Part shown: positions 38,966-49,723 of the stretch, in pieces | Position numbering within the stretch: the first letter of the stretch is position 1 | How the letters are laid out: each line of letters opens with the position of its first letter | From: Vampirovibrionaceae bacterium NZW_1234 | GTDB lineage: Bacteria; Cyanobacteriota; Vampirovibrionia; Vampirovibrionales; JAGQHJ01 | Direction: 5' to 3' | Assembly (NCBI GenBank): GCA_041697335.1 | Contig: JBGUGD010000007.1 | Location: forward strand, 128,001 to 192,000 | DNA length: 64,000 nt | Notes under the pieces: model-generated | Databases searched by the model: none | Told to the model about the DNA's origin: nothing | Seen by the model: the letters and a program-made list of their open reading frames with translations, nothing else | Position numbers and translations under genes: made by a program

Positions 38966-40467
38966 ACACCCCTGAGTCTCAGACGGTCTTGGCTGAAAAG
39001 ACAGCCCTTTATCCCAAACAAGTGGGACATTGGATTGGCAACACAATGGTCGGCTCTGAAAGCCTGGCCGAGTTTGAGAAGCGAAATCCCCATAATGGCG
39101 AGGTCCTGGCTCAGGTGGCTCGTGGGGCCTGGGTGGAAGTAGACCGTGCTATTGAGAATGCTGTGACGCTGTTTCCTCAATGGAGTCAAACGCCCATTGT
39201 AAAACGTTCGGAAATTCTTCGCTCTGCCACTCAGCTGATCCAAGAGCGTTCTCACGAAATTGCTGCCATTGTGGCTCTGGAAACGGGGAAATCCATGAAA
39301 GATGCCCTCGGCGAAGTTTCTGCCGCCATTGAGATGGGTTATTTTATTGCCGGTGAGGGCCGCCGTTTTTACGGCCGAACCACAACCAGTGCTGTCCCCA
39401 ATCGTATGGCGATGACGGTCCGCCAGCCCGTGGGAGTTTGTGGTCTGATCATTGCTGCCAATACGCCCATTGCCAATGTGGCATGGAAAGTTTACCCCGC
39501 TTTATTGTGTGGTAATACGGCGATATTGAAGCCTTCGGAAGATACACCCTATTCAGCGGTTTGGTTTGCCCAACGATTGGCAGAAGCGGGGCTACCTGAA
39601 GGTGTATTGTCGGTTCTGCAAGGTCATGGCGAAGACGTTGGGGCTCCTTTGGTTGAAGATCCTCGGGTGGATCTTATCAGTTTTACCGGGTCTGAGCCTG
39701 TCGGGCGCTATATTCAGAAAACAGCCGGTGAGCGTCTTGCCAAAGTTTGCCTGGAACTGGGGGGTAAAAACGCCCTGGTTGTCTGTGATGACGCGAATTT
39801 AGATGCTGCCGTGGAATCTGCCGTATTATCGGCATTCTCAAATGCAGGACAGCGTTGTGCTGCTGGGAGTCGCGTTGTTATTTTCGATAGCGTTTATGAT
39901 GCGTTTAAGCAGAAGATGATTGCACAGACTCAAGCTCTCAGCTTGGGGAACCAGGACGACAACGATTATGGCCCCGTCATTAACGAAACGCAGCTGACTC
40001 AAATGCTTCAGGCTGTCGAGAAAGCGGTTTCCGAGGGAGCCTCACTCTTGACTGGTGGTTTTCGGCTTGTGGATGACACGCATCAAGGGGGGTATTATAT
40101 GGCTCCGACCATCTTGGAAAACGTGCGTCCCGATGCCCCTATTTCTCGGGATGAGCTGTTTGGCCCAATTACCTGTCTGTATCGGGTTCCGGACTTTGAA
40201 GCGGCAATTCAACTGGTGAATGACAGTCCCTTTGGGTTGACGGCCGCCATTCATACGAAAAGCCTCCATCGGGCCAACCGCTTCCAAGAATTGGCTTGTA
40301 CCGGGGTTGTTTCCATCAATGGCCCCACCTATGGGAGTGAGCCCCATATGCCATTCGGTGGCCTTGCCGCCTCTGGCAACGGGTTTCGTGAAGCCGGGAC
40401 GGAGGTTCTAGACGTTTATTCCGAGTGGAAAACGGTTTACACCAAAATTGATCCTGCCGAGGTATAG
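38959..40467 (+). CDS. Aldehyde dehydrogenase
   Basis: FTGS, LELGGKN, NAGQRC and ELFGP. Confidence 0.93.
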   Translation: MVNTPESQTVLAEKTALYPKQVGHWIGNTMVGSESLAEFEKRNPHNGEVLAQVARGAWVEVDRAIENAVTLFPQWSQTPIVKRSEILRSATQLIQERSHEIAAIVALETGKSMKDALGEVSAAIEMGYFIAGEGRRFYGRTTTSAVPNRMAMTVRQPVGVCGLIIAANTPIANVAWKVYPALLCGNTAILKPSEDTPYSAVWFAQRLAEAGLPEGVLSVLQGHGEDVGAPLVEDPRVDLISFTGSEPVGRYIQKTAGERLAKVCLELGGKNALVVCDDANLDAAVESAVLSAFSNAGQRCAAGSRVVIFDSVYDAFKQKMIAQTQALSLGNQDDNDYGPVINETQLTQMLQAVEKAVSEGASLLTGGFRLVDDTHQGGYYMAPTILENVRPDAPISRDELFGPITCLYRVPDFEAAIQLVNDSPFGLTAAIHTKSLHRANRFQELACTGVVSINGPTYGSEPHMPFGGLAASGNGFREAGTEVLDVYSEWKTVYTKIDPAEV

Positions 40468-40471
40468 CCTG

Positions 40472-42424
40472 ATGACTTCACTGCAATACGTACCTGTTGA
40501 AGAGATTCGTCGTATCCGCACCGCCATGGCGGATCCATTCGAGCGAAGTCAGGTCCTTGCGGATCTGTTTCGCCTCAACACCTTGTACATGATTATGATT
40601 GCTGGTTCGGGTCATATTGGCAGTAGTTTTAGTTCCATGGATCTGTTCACTTGGCTTTGGTCGGAAGTAATGACCTCACCCAATGAGTCATCTGCCCCAA
40701 ATCACGATATCTTTTTCTCTTCTAAAGGACACGATGCCCCTGGACTGTATTCGGTGCTGATTGGATTGGGCAAATTGCCTGAGGCCAAGTTGCACCAGCT
40801 TCGACAATTAGACGGTTTGCCAGGACATCCGGATGTTCATACGCCCTTTATTGCGGCCAATACCGGATCCTTGGGCATGGGAATTTCGAAAGCTCGTGGT
40901 ATGGCCCTAGCTAAGAGGCTTTCCGGTGAATCGGGCACGATTTATGTATTGACCGGGGACGGCGAATTACAAGAAGGCCAGTTTTGGGAATCCTTGCAAC
41001 CGACGGTTAACCAGAAATACGGCAATATTGTCGTGATTGTGGATCATAATAAATTCCAATCCGACACCTGGGTGAAGCAGGTCAGTGATTTGGGAGATTT
41101 GGCTGGTAAATTGGAAGCCTTTGGCTGGGATGTTGCTCGCTGTAACGGTCATGACCTTCGTGCTGTGGCGCAGTGTTTGGAAGGGTTTAAGAAAACCACC
41201 GATAAGCCTCATATTTTGATTGCCGATACCATTAAAGGGGCCGGTGTTTCGTTTATGGAGCACACGACCTTGGGCGATGACAGTGAGTTGCGGATGTACA
41301 ACTACCATAGCGGAGCCCCTTCTGTGGAAGACTATGCCAAGGCCTCTCAGGAGTTGGTTGCCAGAATTAATAACACGCTTAAGGCCCATCAGCTTTCATC
41401 ATTGTCATTGCTGTCTGTGGATAAGGCGCCCAATTCTCCCCCAACCTCTGTGCAAAAGTTGGTGGTGGCTTACGGCGAAGAACTGAAGGCCCTGGGGCAG
41501 CAGAACGCCAAGATCGTTGTGCTGGATGGCGACCTGATGAAGGATTGCGGCCTGATGCCGTTTAAAGACGCATTTCCCGATCGCTTTGTCGAATGTGGTA
41601 TTGCAGAGCAAGATATGACCTCAATGGCAGGCGGCTTGGCTTTGTCTGGTTATCTTCCCATTGTCCATTCGTTTGCCTGCTTTTTAACCACGCGCCCCAA
41701 TGAACAGATCTATAACAATGCCACTGAGGGGACCAAAGTCATTTATGCAGGTTCCTTGGCTGGGCTCATTCCTTCGGGGCCTGGCCACTCCCATCAATCG
41801 GTCCGCGATATCAGTGCGTTGGGCTCTATTCCGGGCCTTACTATGATTGAACCCTGTGATGAAGCCGAAACACGTTTGGCCTTGCAATGGGCCGTGAATG
41901 AGAACCTAAAGAGTACCTATATCCGCCTCACCAGTGTTCCGTTGGAAATTCCCTATACGCTGCCCTCGGGGTATCGCTTGGAGAAAGGCCACGGCGTTGA
42001 ATTGCGCTCCGGTCGTGATGCGGCAATTATAGGCTATGGCCCAACATTATTATCCGAAGCCTATCGCGCTGCTGAAGTGCTGGAGCAGGAGTTCGGCCTC
42101 TCGGTTGCGGTCATTAACCTTCCTTGGCTCAATACGATTTCATCGCAATGGCTTGAACAGCTGGTGCGGAAGTATTCTGTCATCATTACGCTGGATAACC
42201 ATTACACCACCCTCGGGCAAGGCACGCTTTTGGCGGCTAACATTGCTCAACTTGGTGCCTCCTCGTCTGTCCGCCTACTCAGCCTGGGCTTGGATGAAAT
42301 TCCGGTTTGCGGCTTGAATCACCAGGTTCTGGCGCATCATCAACTCAATGCTCAGGCCATTGTTTCCAAGGTTAACGCTTTTATCACTTCCACCCCGGCC
42401 CTTGCCCATAGTGCCGGCTCATAA
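40472..42424 (+). CDS. Transketolase family ThDP enzyme (single chain)
   Basis: GSGHIGSS, SKGH, TGSLGMG, GDGELQEG and GIAEQ. Confidence 0.92.
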   Translation: MTSLQYVPVEEIRRIRTAMADPFERSQVLADLFRLNTLYMIMIAGSGHIGSSFSSMDLFTWLWSEVMTSPNESSAPNHDIFFSSKGHDAPGLYSVLIGLGKLPEAKLHQLRQLDGLPGHPDVHTPFIAANTGSLGMGISKARGMALAKRLSGESGTIYVLTGDGELQEGQFWESLQPTVNQKYGNIVVIVDHNKFQSDTWVKQVSDLGDLAGKLEAFGWDVARCNGHDLRAVAQCLEGFKKTTDKPHILIADTIKGAGVSFMEHTTLGDDSELRMYNYHSGAPSVEDYAKASQELVARINNTLKAHQLSSLSLLSVDKAPNSPPTSVQKLVVAYGEELKALGQQNAKIVVLDGDLMKDCGLMPFKDAFPDRFVECGIAEQDMTSMAGGLALSGYLPIVHSFACFLTTRPNEQIYNNATEGTKVIYAGSLAGLIPSGPGHSHQSVRDISALGSIPGLTMIEPCDEAETRLALQWAVNENLKSTYIRLTSVPLEIPYTLPSGYRLEKGHGVELRSGRDAAIIGYGPTLLSEAYRAAEVLEQEFGLSVAVINLPWLNTISSQWLEQLVRKYSVIITLDNHYTTLGQGTLLAANIAQLGASSSVRLLSLGLDEIPVCGLNHQVLAHHQLNAQAIVSKVNAFITSTPALAHSAGS

Positions 42425-42440
42425 TAAAAGAGAAATAGTT

Positions 42441-44201
42441 ATGTATCTTTTCTGGGATCCTATTATCAAGCCGTTATTTAACCTTCTTCAGCCCTCTACC
42501 ATTGTTTTTATTGGCTCTGACTTTGCGTTTGAAACACAGAATTTATTAGATTACTGTGTCTCTCATCAGGCCCAACTGCACATCATCGATCCTGTTCCGA
42601 AGTCTGATGTTGCCGAGTGGGAACAACGGTATGGTCAGGCACTGGTGTTTCATACGGCGATGAGCGTGGATGCGTTGCCCAAAATTCCAGCCATGAATGT
42701 GGTTTTGATTGATGGCGATCAAAACTGGTATACGGTTTATCACGAGTTAAAGCTGGTTGAACAGCAGTGCCAGAAACATCAGCAGCCATTTCCGCTCGTT
42801 TTCCTACATGACATTCATTGGCCCTATGGTCGCCGTGATCTGTACTACGATCCGGATAACGTCCCAGAAGCCCATCGCCAGCCCTATGCGAAAAAAGGCA
42901 TCCGCATTGGTTCTACCGAGCTTGTCGAGACTGGCGGGTTAAATTGGCATTTGCCGAATGCACTTCGAGAAGGCGGACCCAGAAATGGTGTTCTGACCGG
43001 AGTTGAGGACTTTCTCAAGGAGTCTTCTTTTAACCTGAAGCTCCTTCAGATTCCCGGCTATTATGGTTTGGGGGTATTGCATGAAGAGTCGCTTGCTCAA
43101 GAAAATCCAGCCATCCGGGAATTTTTAAAGATCTTTGAGCTCGCTTCCCCGGTGGACGGCTTGTTGCGAGCGCTGGAAGAATCTCGCTTACAGACCCTGA
43201 CCCAGCGTTGTGATCGGGACTGGACGATTAATCAAATGAAAATTCCGAGCATCCTGAAGCGAATGGCGGATCAGATACAAACTGCCCTTCGAATCTCTAA
43301 GCCCAAACCGGCGATTTCAACAATCATGTCACAGGCCCGTCAATCCAACGCTTCTTTGGTCTCTCAGGATGTGACCGTGATTATTCCGGTTCACAATGCG
43401 TTTGCCGAAGTCAAAGCGTGCATTGAAAGTGTCATTAAGCATACCCCGCGTATGTACTCGATTTTGCTCATCGATGACGCCAGTACGGATCCCGCAATTT
43501 GGCCTTTGTTGCAGTCCTATGCCATAAATCACTGGCAGGTGAAAGCCGTTCAAAATGCGAAGAACCTCTATTGGACGGCCACTATAAATGAAGGCCTAAA
43601 GCATGCCACGGGCGATGTTGTGTTGCTTAATAGTGACACAGTGGTTACGCCTGGTTGGGTGGATAAACTGGTCAACGTCGCCTATAGTCGACCCAATGTG
43701 GCCACAGTGACACCTTTGTCTAATGCTGCGGGTGCATTTTCTGTTCCTGAAAATAATACGGTCAATATTCTCCCTCCACATTTAACGGTGGACGAGATGG
43801 CTATACTCGTCGAGCGATTATCTCCCAAATTAACTCCTGAAGTACCCATCGGAAATGGATACTGTCTGTACATCACACGCCATGCATTAGATGTCGTTGG
43901 TCAGTTAAATGTCGAGCAATTCCCCTATGGCTATGGCGCCGAAAATGATTTCTGTATGCGAGCCAGTGCCGCTGGCTTTGTTCATCTTATCGAGGACTCA
44001 ACATTCATCTTCCATCATCGGAGCGCTTCTTTTAAGGAAAGTAAGCACGAAAAACTAGAAGCAGCGAACCAGAAACTTAAGGAATTACACCCCTCTTATA
44101 AAAAGCGAATTCGGGCCTGGGCTGACAATGACCCTTTAAATGATTTTCGAAATAACTTGAAAGTTGTTATTGATTCTCAAAAAGTGTTATCTGATTCTTA
44201 A
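42441..44201 (+). CDS. Methyltransferase-like domain fused to a GT2 glycosyltransferase
   Basis: N-part LIDGDQNW...FLHD; C-part VIIPVHN, IDDASTD, LLNSDT and GAENDF. Confidence 0.85.
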   Translation: MYLFWDPIIKPLFNLLQPSTIVFIGSDFAFETQNLLDYCVSHQAQLHIIDPVPKSDVAEWEQRYGQALVFHTAMSVDALPKIPAMNVVLIDGDQNWYTVYHELKLVEQQCQKHQQPFPLVFLHDIHWPYGRRDLYYDPDNVPEAHRQPYAKKGIRIGSTELVETGGLNWHLPNALREGGPRNGVLTGVEDFLKESSFNLKLLQIPGYYGLGVLHEESLAQENPAIREFLKIFELASPVDGLLRALEESRLQTLTQRCDRDWTINQMKIPSILKRMADQIQTALRISKPKPAISTIMSQARQSNASLVSQDVTVIIPVHNAFAEVKACIESVIKHTPRMYSILLIDDASTDPAIWPLLQSYAINHWQVKAVQNAKNLYWTATINEGLKHATGDVVLLNSDTVVTPGWVDKLVNVAYSRPNVATVTPLSNAAGAFSVPENNTVNILPPHLTVDEMAILVERLSPKLTPEVPIGNGYCLYITRHALDVVGQLNVEQFPYGYGAENDFCMRASAAGFVHLIEDSTFIFHHRSASFKESKHEKLEAANQKLKELHPSYKKRIRAWADNDPLNDFRNNLKVVIDSQKVLSDS

Positions 44202-44210
44202 GCTTGGTAT

Positions 44211-45626
44211 CTAAACACTTAAAGGTCTTAATTGAGAAATGACGCTGGGCATTTCCTGGTAGATATTTTTGCCTTCTGCAGCCAACATAATCGCTCTTGC
44301 CGCCACGGTTCCTGAAATTACGGATTCGCCATGGGGACGAACGAAGGAAGTTATGAAGCGATTGCGCTGTTGAAGTTTTAAATCGACTCCTTGCAGGATA
44401 TTGGCAATCTGTGAAATAAATTCCAGGATCTGGGTCGATGTTTCAAGAACATCGCATTGATTCAGATATTGGAAATGTACGGCTTCCGTTTGTGTTTTGC
44501 TATACCGTTCTGTCAGTATGGAAAGCGTAGGCTTTTGGAGAATAACACTATCAATCATACCCGTGGTATTGACGCCAACACAGGCTAAGGCATGATGAAC
44601 CGAATTAACAAAATCCGAGCGTGAAGTCGGATCGTCCGGGAAACTAATATCACGTGGCCAAAGAGCAACTTGAGGTTCTTCAAAAGAGTTAAATACTTCA
44701 CGATTAAACGGATGGGGTCTGAGAAGCACACCGATGGAGCTAATGTTGGGATCCGGGTGTTTACGAAGTGTATCAATCAGTTCTCGGACCAACCAAGACT
44801 CATCGGGGGCAATGTTTTTAGTGGATGCCATGTACATAATATAGTGTTTTGTTGGATCAAGCCCCACTTTTTGGCAAAAAGCATCCCGAGTTTCCAGTAA
44901 GGTTTTGCTAGAAAACCATTTATCAAAAAATGGGGAACCTGTTACAACTATTCTGTCGTGGGGAATGCGATGAATGGTTTCCGCTTCTTTTGCATGGGTG
45001 TCGTTCCAAGCAAGGAGCCAGTCTGGTTGAATGTGATACAACCCCTTCGTCGTTAAGTTATCCCAGCTAAACACCGGTACTAATGTAGGAATACCGAGGT
45101 ACTTTGCTGCTTTAACATACTCCACCTCGCTACAGGAAAGTAAGTTCATCGGGGTTGCAACGACAGCATCAGGCCGATTTTCTTTGAGCCAGTTTAATAT
45201 GGCTTTATCCGGTGGAGCCATTGTTTCAATTGTCCGCAAGATCTCTTGAAATTCGGGAGCAGAAGCAATTTGTTGAATAAACTTCCACATTGCAACTTTT
45301 TGCATGGATTTGGGTAAAAATGTAATCGCACGATTTAAATAGAATTCAGATTGTTTACCTTTCCGACTCAGATAATTCGCATAGGTTAACAGTGAGCGAG
45401 AGGGTCTTAGCAGGCCACGCCAAAAGTCCGAGCGTCTGAGGAATGAACCCGTGGTTAATTCGGGGTGATGTTGCTCATAGGCCCTAACAGCTCTATCAGA
45501 GTCTTCTAGACGGGTTGGATCAAAAAGAAGAGTTACGTCTTGTCCCTGTCGTAAAAGCTCATCAATAATCGATTCAAAATAGGAAAAATAAATGGGGGAC
45601 CGGGACAGAAATAAAATCTTGCTCAT
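44211..45626 (-). CDS. Putative GT-B glycosyl/ulosonate transferase
   Basis: SWDNLTTKG, VTGSPFFD and LRPHP motifs; lies in the NeuA/NeuB cluster. Confidence 0.6.
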   Translation of the reverse strand: MSKILFLSRSPIYFSYFESIIDELLRQGQDVTLLFDPTRLEDSDRAVRAYEQHHPELTTGSFLRRSDFWRGLLRPSRSLLTYANYLSRKGKQSEFYLNRAITFLPKSMQKVAMWKFIQQIASAPEFQEILRTIETMAPPDKAILNWLKENRPDAVVATPMNLLSCSEVEYVKAAKYLGIPTLVPVFSWDNLTTKGLYHIQPDWLLAWNDTHAKEAETIHRIPHDRIVVTGSPFFDKWFSSKTLLETRDAFCQKVGLDPTKHYIMYMASTKNIAPDESWLVRELIDTLRKHPDPNISSIGVLLRPHPFNREVFNSFEEPQVALWPRDISFPDDPTSRSDFVNSVHHALACVGVNTTGMIDSVILQKPTLSILTERYSKTQTEAVHFQYLNQCDVLETSTQILEFISQIANILQGVDLKLQQRNRFITSFVRPHGESVISGTVAARAIMLAAEGKNIYQEMPSVISQLRPLSV

Positions 45627-45885
45627 TTGGGTATGTACCTAAAATCGTGGTTGGTAGGACTATTAAGGGCGAAAATCCAAATCTCATTGGTATATTACCA
45701 CGAGACGTTTGCCTGTCTCAATTAATTTAGCATTTTGTTCGGCGTTAAATCAGGGCTTCAAACGGAATTAGTGCTTTTCATATCATTGTGGCCTTGAGGT
45801 TCGCGCTAAAAGACTTGGCAGGAAGTTAACCACTAAAATTGAAGCTTCAAAGGGTGAGTTAGGGGCTCTGTAGAGGAAAAACTGT

Positions 45886-46518
45886 TTATGAATTGCCAGT
45901 AAAGCGATTTTGGATCACGACGTCGTGGTATGGCAATTGTCCGCCGCGTGGTCGAGCCGGTTCCAGGGCTTTGCCCACGGTGACCATCAAGGCGATGACA
46001 TGATCCTCTGGGAGGTCAATGATTTTTGCCACCTCAACGGGATCAAACCCCACCATGGGGCAGCTGTCATAGCCCATGCTCCGTGCGGCCAGCATTAAGG
46101 TTTGGGCGGCCAGGCCACAGGAGCGCATGGCTTCGTCACGTTGCAGCTGGGGTTTGTCTTTATAGAAGTTTTCGAGCATAGGGACAAGGGTATTTTGAAT
46201 TTCTGCTGGGGCATTTTTCCAGTACCGCTCTGGGTTTTTTTCAGCAGCTCTGAGGTCTGCGCAAAACACCACCGTAAAGGAAGAATCTGTAATTTGTGCT
46301 TGGTTCCATGCCGCCTCTCTGAGCTGCTGCTTGATTTCGGGAGCGGTGACGAGGACCAGTCGCCAGTTCTGAATATTAAACGATGTGGGGGACAGCAAGG
46401 TGAGTGACAGTAAGGTTTCCATGTCGGCCTGTGGCATGGCAAAGTCCGGATCATAGCGCTTGACGGCCCGCCGGGTTTGGATGGCTTCTACGGTATTTAA
46501 CAAGGTTTGTGTTGGCAT
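45886..46518 (-). CDS. Nitroreductase family protein
   Basis: RRAVKRY, SPTSFNIQNW and SCPMVGFD. Confidence 0.92.
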   Translation of the reverse strand: MPTQTLLNTVEAIQTRRAVKRYDPDFAMPQADMETLLSLTLLSPTSFNIQNWRLVLVTAPEIKQQLREAAWNQAQITDSSFTVVFCADLRAAEKNPERYWKNAPAEIQNTLVPMLENFYKDKPQLQRDEAMRSCGLAAQTLMLAARSMGYDSCPMVGFDPVEVAKIIDLPEDHVIALMVTVGKALEPARPRGGQLPYHDVVIQNRFTGNS

Positions 46519-46604
46519 TGGGGTTTTTCTCCTGATGGGTTGTGTATAAAGCTATCCGTCAACTCTAGAAAGTAGGTGCTCTCTCGTAACTCGAATTTAT
46601 GGGC

Positions 46605-47357
46605 CTAGACCTCTAAAGGCACTTGATAGGAGGCAACATCAATTTGTGGCAATGTGGCATGCCCGGTTTGAAGCCAATGTTGTGCAATCAGCCAATCATC
46701 TTCATAGTCAATGGAAAACCCTTCACTCGGATCAGTCAGAAAGGGAGCAATAATGCGTCCTTCTCGTGAGTTTGTTTCAAATACCACTCTGCTCCACGCC
46801 ATCTCCAAACTGCTATTTTGAATATAGACTTTGGGGCAATCCTGGTATTGTCGCGCATGGTAGGGCACGTCTAAATGATCTTGAGGCAAAAGAGGTTCCA
46901 TCAGCGTATCGTTAATAATCCACATTTTGCCAGGATGTTGCTTGCAAAGCTCAACGGCCCGGATAGAGTCAATGCCCGATTGACTGAGGAATTGGGTCTT
47001 CGCTCGTAAAATGGTTTCTACCTGGCGAAACGGGCTGGTGGGCCGAAGGATTGCAAAGGCGTCATAGGTTTCACCCAGATTGCTGAAAGTATACTTCAGC
47101 CACTCAATATCGGGGGATGTGGATGAGGCGAGTTCTGGAGGCCGAAGAAAAGGAACATCGGCACCATAGTGGCGAGCCACATCGGCAATCGCCTCGGAGT
47201 CGGTCGATACCAGAACGCGATCGAAGATGTTGCTTTGAAGGGCTGTCTGTATGGCATAGGCCAAGAGCGGATGCCCTCCCAAGGGGCGAATATTTTTGAG
47301 TTTGACACGTTGTGAGCCTGCTCGAGCCGGAACAAAAGCAATCAATTTGGCGGACAT
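46605..47357 (-). CDS. Acylneuraminate cytidylyltransferase (NeuA family)
   Basis: PARAGSQRVKLKN, VSTDS, LRPTSPFR and SIDYEDD. Confidence 0.93.
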   Translation of the reverse strand: MSAKLIAFVPARAGSQRVKLKNIRPLGGHPLLAYAIQTALQSNIFDRVLVSTDSEAIADVARHYGADVPFLRPPELASSTSPDIEWLKYTFSNLGETYDAFAILRPTSPFRQVETILRAKTQFLSQSGIDSIRAVELCKQHPGKMWIINDTLMEPLLPQDHLDVPYHARQYQDCPKVYIQNSSLEMAWSRVVFETNSREGRIIAPFLTDPSEGFSIDYEDDWLIAQHWLQTGHATLPQIDVASYQVPLEV

Positions 47358-48298
47358 GCCAGCAAACTCCTTTCTGAATGATGTATGGTGTATTGAGCTT
47401 CTTCGATAGAGCGGATACGTTCAACCAGCGTAGCAATGGTGTGGCATGGAATCTGGAGGTGTTCGCCAAGTCGCATTAAGGCACCACCGATGGCATCCAC
47501 TTCAGTGGTTTTTCCAGAGTAGAGATCTCGTTGCATGGATGTTCCCAGTGTGGCCGGGAGCTTATCAATAAAGGCCAGCACTTCTGCCGTCTCGAAGGCT
47601 AGACCCATGGCTTTGGCTACGGTTACACCTTCTCGGACACAGCCTTCAAGAGCATTACGATATTCAGGGGTATTGCGTATAACTCCCAATTCGCAGTTAA
47701 AGGCCGAGGTGGTGAGGGCCAGTGCATTCAGGCGCACCAGTTTATCAAACAGCACTTGATTTTCATCGGCGTAGGTTTCAAAATCCACTCGACTTACCTG
47801 AAGTTGGTTGGCCAGGGCTTTTAAGTCGGCCATGGGAAAATCCTGGGAAGCCCACTGGATAAGCGCAAAGTGAGAGGTGTGGTCAAAACGGTTGGGCGCG
47901 ACATACTTGGCTTCAATGCGGACCACGCCGCCAACCAGTCGTGGCCCGAAAACTTTTCGCAGTGTATTCATATGCTCATACCCGTTCAGTAGGGGTACGA
48001 CCATGCCGCTTTGTAAGGCATTTTGAGAAATACGCTTCAGGGCTTCAGACAGATGTTGCCCTTTGGTCGTGACAAAAAGGATGTCAACGGGCGCATCTAA
48101 GCAAGCGGTGGCTTCAGGGTGGGCGACAATGGTGCCGAAGTCCACACTGTTAACAAGGATGCCTTCTTTTTGAATCAGGGCGGTGGTAGACTCACGTGCC
48201 ACACAGGTGACAGGGAAACCGGCTTGCCAGAACATTGCTGCCAGAAAGCCGCCAACTGCACCGGGGCCCAGAATGCCAATGGAGGGTTTATCGTTCAT
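47342..48298 (-). CDS. Ketopantoate reductase (PanE/ApbA) family protein
   Basis: ILGPGAVG, LLNG and TSMQRD...TEVD. Confidence 0.88.
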   Translation of the reverse strand: MNDKPSIGILGPGAVGGFLAAMFWQAGFPVTCVARESTTALIQKEGILVNSVDFGTIVAHPEATACLDAPVDILFVTTKGQHLSEALKRISQNALQSGMVVPLLNGYEHMNTLRKVFGPRLVGGVVRIEAKYVAPNRFDHTSHFALIQWASQDFPMADLKALANQLQVSRVDFETYADENQVLFDKLVRLNALALTTSAFNCELGVIRNTPEYRNALEGCVREGVTVAKAMGLAFETAEVLAFIDKLPATLGTSMQRDLYSGKTTEVDAIGGALMRLGEHLQIPCHTIATLVERIRSIEEAQYTIHHSERSLLACPPN

Positions 48299-49514
48299 GA
48301 GTGGCAACTAAGGGTTTTACCACACCGGAACCTGAAGGATTTGGCCAGGGGTGGGCACGCAGAACCTCTTCATTCAGATCTGCACCCCAGCCCGGAGCTG
48401 TTGGCAGGTGTAGATAACCGTCTTGAATCTGTGGCACGGCTGTAATCAATTCTTCTCGCCAGGGAACATCATCGACATCGACTTCGAAAATTCTTAAATT
48501 CGGGACAATTGCACAGAAGTGGGCACCGATCAGCGTGGCTAAGTGGCTATAATAATTGTGAGGCGCCACGTTCATCTCGTGGATTTCGGCCAGATCTGCA
48601 ATTTTCTTGGACTGAGCAAGGCCATTCCAAGGTATGTCTACCATCACAACCGACATGGCTTGTTTCTCCAGGAAGGGGCGATATTGACGAGCGGTGTAGA
48701 GATTCTCGCCAGAACAAATTGGAATGGTTGTGGCGTTTCGTATGGTCTTCAGGGCATCCGGGTCGTAGCAATCGACTTCCAGCCAGAACAAGTTGAAGGG
48801 TTCCAAGGCTTTTGCCATCTGGATACAGCCCTCAGGTTTAAAGTTGAAGTTCAAGTCCAACATAATGTCGACATTCGGCCCAACCGCATCTCGAAACGTG
48901 CCAATGACGGAGACAACGTGATCAATGAGTTTTGGGGGTATGTTCTGGTCAACACTGCCCTGATCTCGACGAAAGCCCTGCATAAACACGTGGGGATTAT
49001 CCGGATCCAGGACCAGCATATTGGTTTTAAAGGCCGTGTAACCTTTTTCAACCACTTCTCTACCCAGCTCGGCCACATCGCCCAGTGTGCGGACAGGCTT
49101 CACATTGGCATGATGAGCTGCGCGAACCCGGGTTGTTCCGCAATGGGACCAGTAGGTGCGTATCTTCTCGCGAACAGGTCCTCCGAAGAGTTCATAAACG
49201 GGCACACCCAAGTCTTTGGCTTTGAGATCCAGGAGGGCATTTTCGATGCCGCCAAGGGCCTTCTGGACAATGCCGCCTGGACTTTGGCGAGTGGCCCGAT
49301 ATAAATCCCAGTAAATTTTTTCATAGGGACGCGGATCCTGGTTCAGGAGTAAGGGCTTGAGATCGTCAATGCATCCGGCAATGGCCCGGGGAGAGCCGTT
49401 GGAGTCGGTAATTTCGCTATAACCGATTAATCCTTTATCGGTTGTGATTTTGATAAAAATCCAGGGACGCCATCCAGCGTCACAAAACAGGGTTTCTACA
49501 TTGGTGATTTTCAT
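48288..49514 (-). CDS. Mandelate racemase/acid-sugar dehydratase (enolase superfamily)
   Basis: Start MKITNVE at 49514; ALLDLKAK...PVYELFGG, FKTN, WLEVD, SGEN and APHN. Confidence 0.9.
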   Translation of the reverse strand: MKITNVETLFCDAGWRPWIFIKITTDKGLIGYSEITDSNGSPRAIAGCIDDLKPLLLNQDPRPYEKIYWDLYRATRQSPGGIVQKALGGIENALLDLKAKDLGVPVYELFGGPVREKIRTYWSHCGTTRVRAAHHANVKPVRTLGDVAELGREVVEKGYTAFKTNMLVLDPDNPHVFMQGFRRDQGSVDQNIPPKLIDHVVSVIGTFRDAVGPNVDIMLDLNFNFKPEGCIQMAKALEPFNLFWLEVDCYDPDALKTIRNATTIPICSGENLYTARQYRPFLEKQAMSVVMVDIPWNGLAQSKKIADLAEIHEMNVAPHNYYSHLATLIGAHFCAIVPNLRIFEVDVDDVPWREELITAVPQIQDGYLHLPTAPGWGADLNEEVLRAHPWPNPSGSGVVKPLVATHER

Positions 49515-49639
49515 AGGGTGTTCTCCGGGCTGCACGTTGCCATCATTGATCACGTGTTCGCCTTGATGATAGCACAAACCTAAGGGTCTTCCCTCTGCAA
49601 TCCCACAGGAAACCTGATGTATTTGAATTGAAAAAAGGG

Positions 49640-49723
49640 TGGTGGGCAGAACAGGACTTGAACCTGCACGCATTGCTGCACTGGTACCTAAAACCAGCGC
49701 GTCTACCATTCCGCCATCTGCCC
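49640..49723 (-). tRNA. tRNA-Leu (TAG)
   Basis: GGGCAGATGGCGGAATGGTAGACGCG CTGGT-TTTAGGT-ACCAG, long variable arm, GTTCAAGTCC, encoded CCA. Confidence 0.95.

Noticed and set aside
38156..39046. 296 aa antisense ORF, and similar ones at 6335-7183 and 48543-49304
   Set aside because: Shadow frames opposite well-supported genes, with no motifs.
34000..49723. tRNA-anchored integrative element
   Set aside because: I found no integrase and no duplicated tRNA 3' end (att site) in the window.
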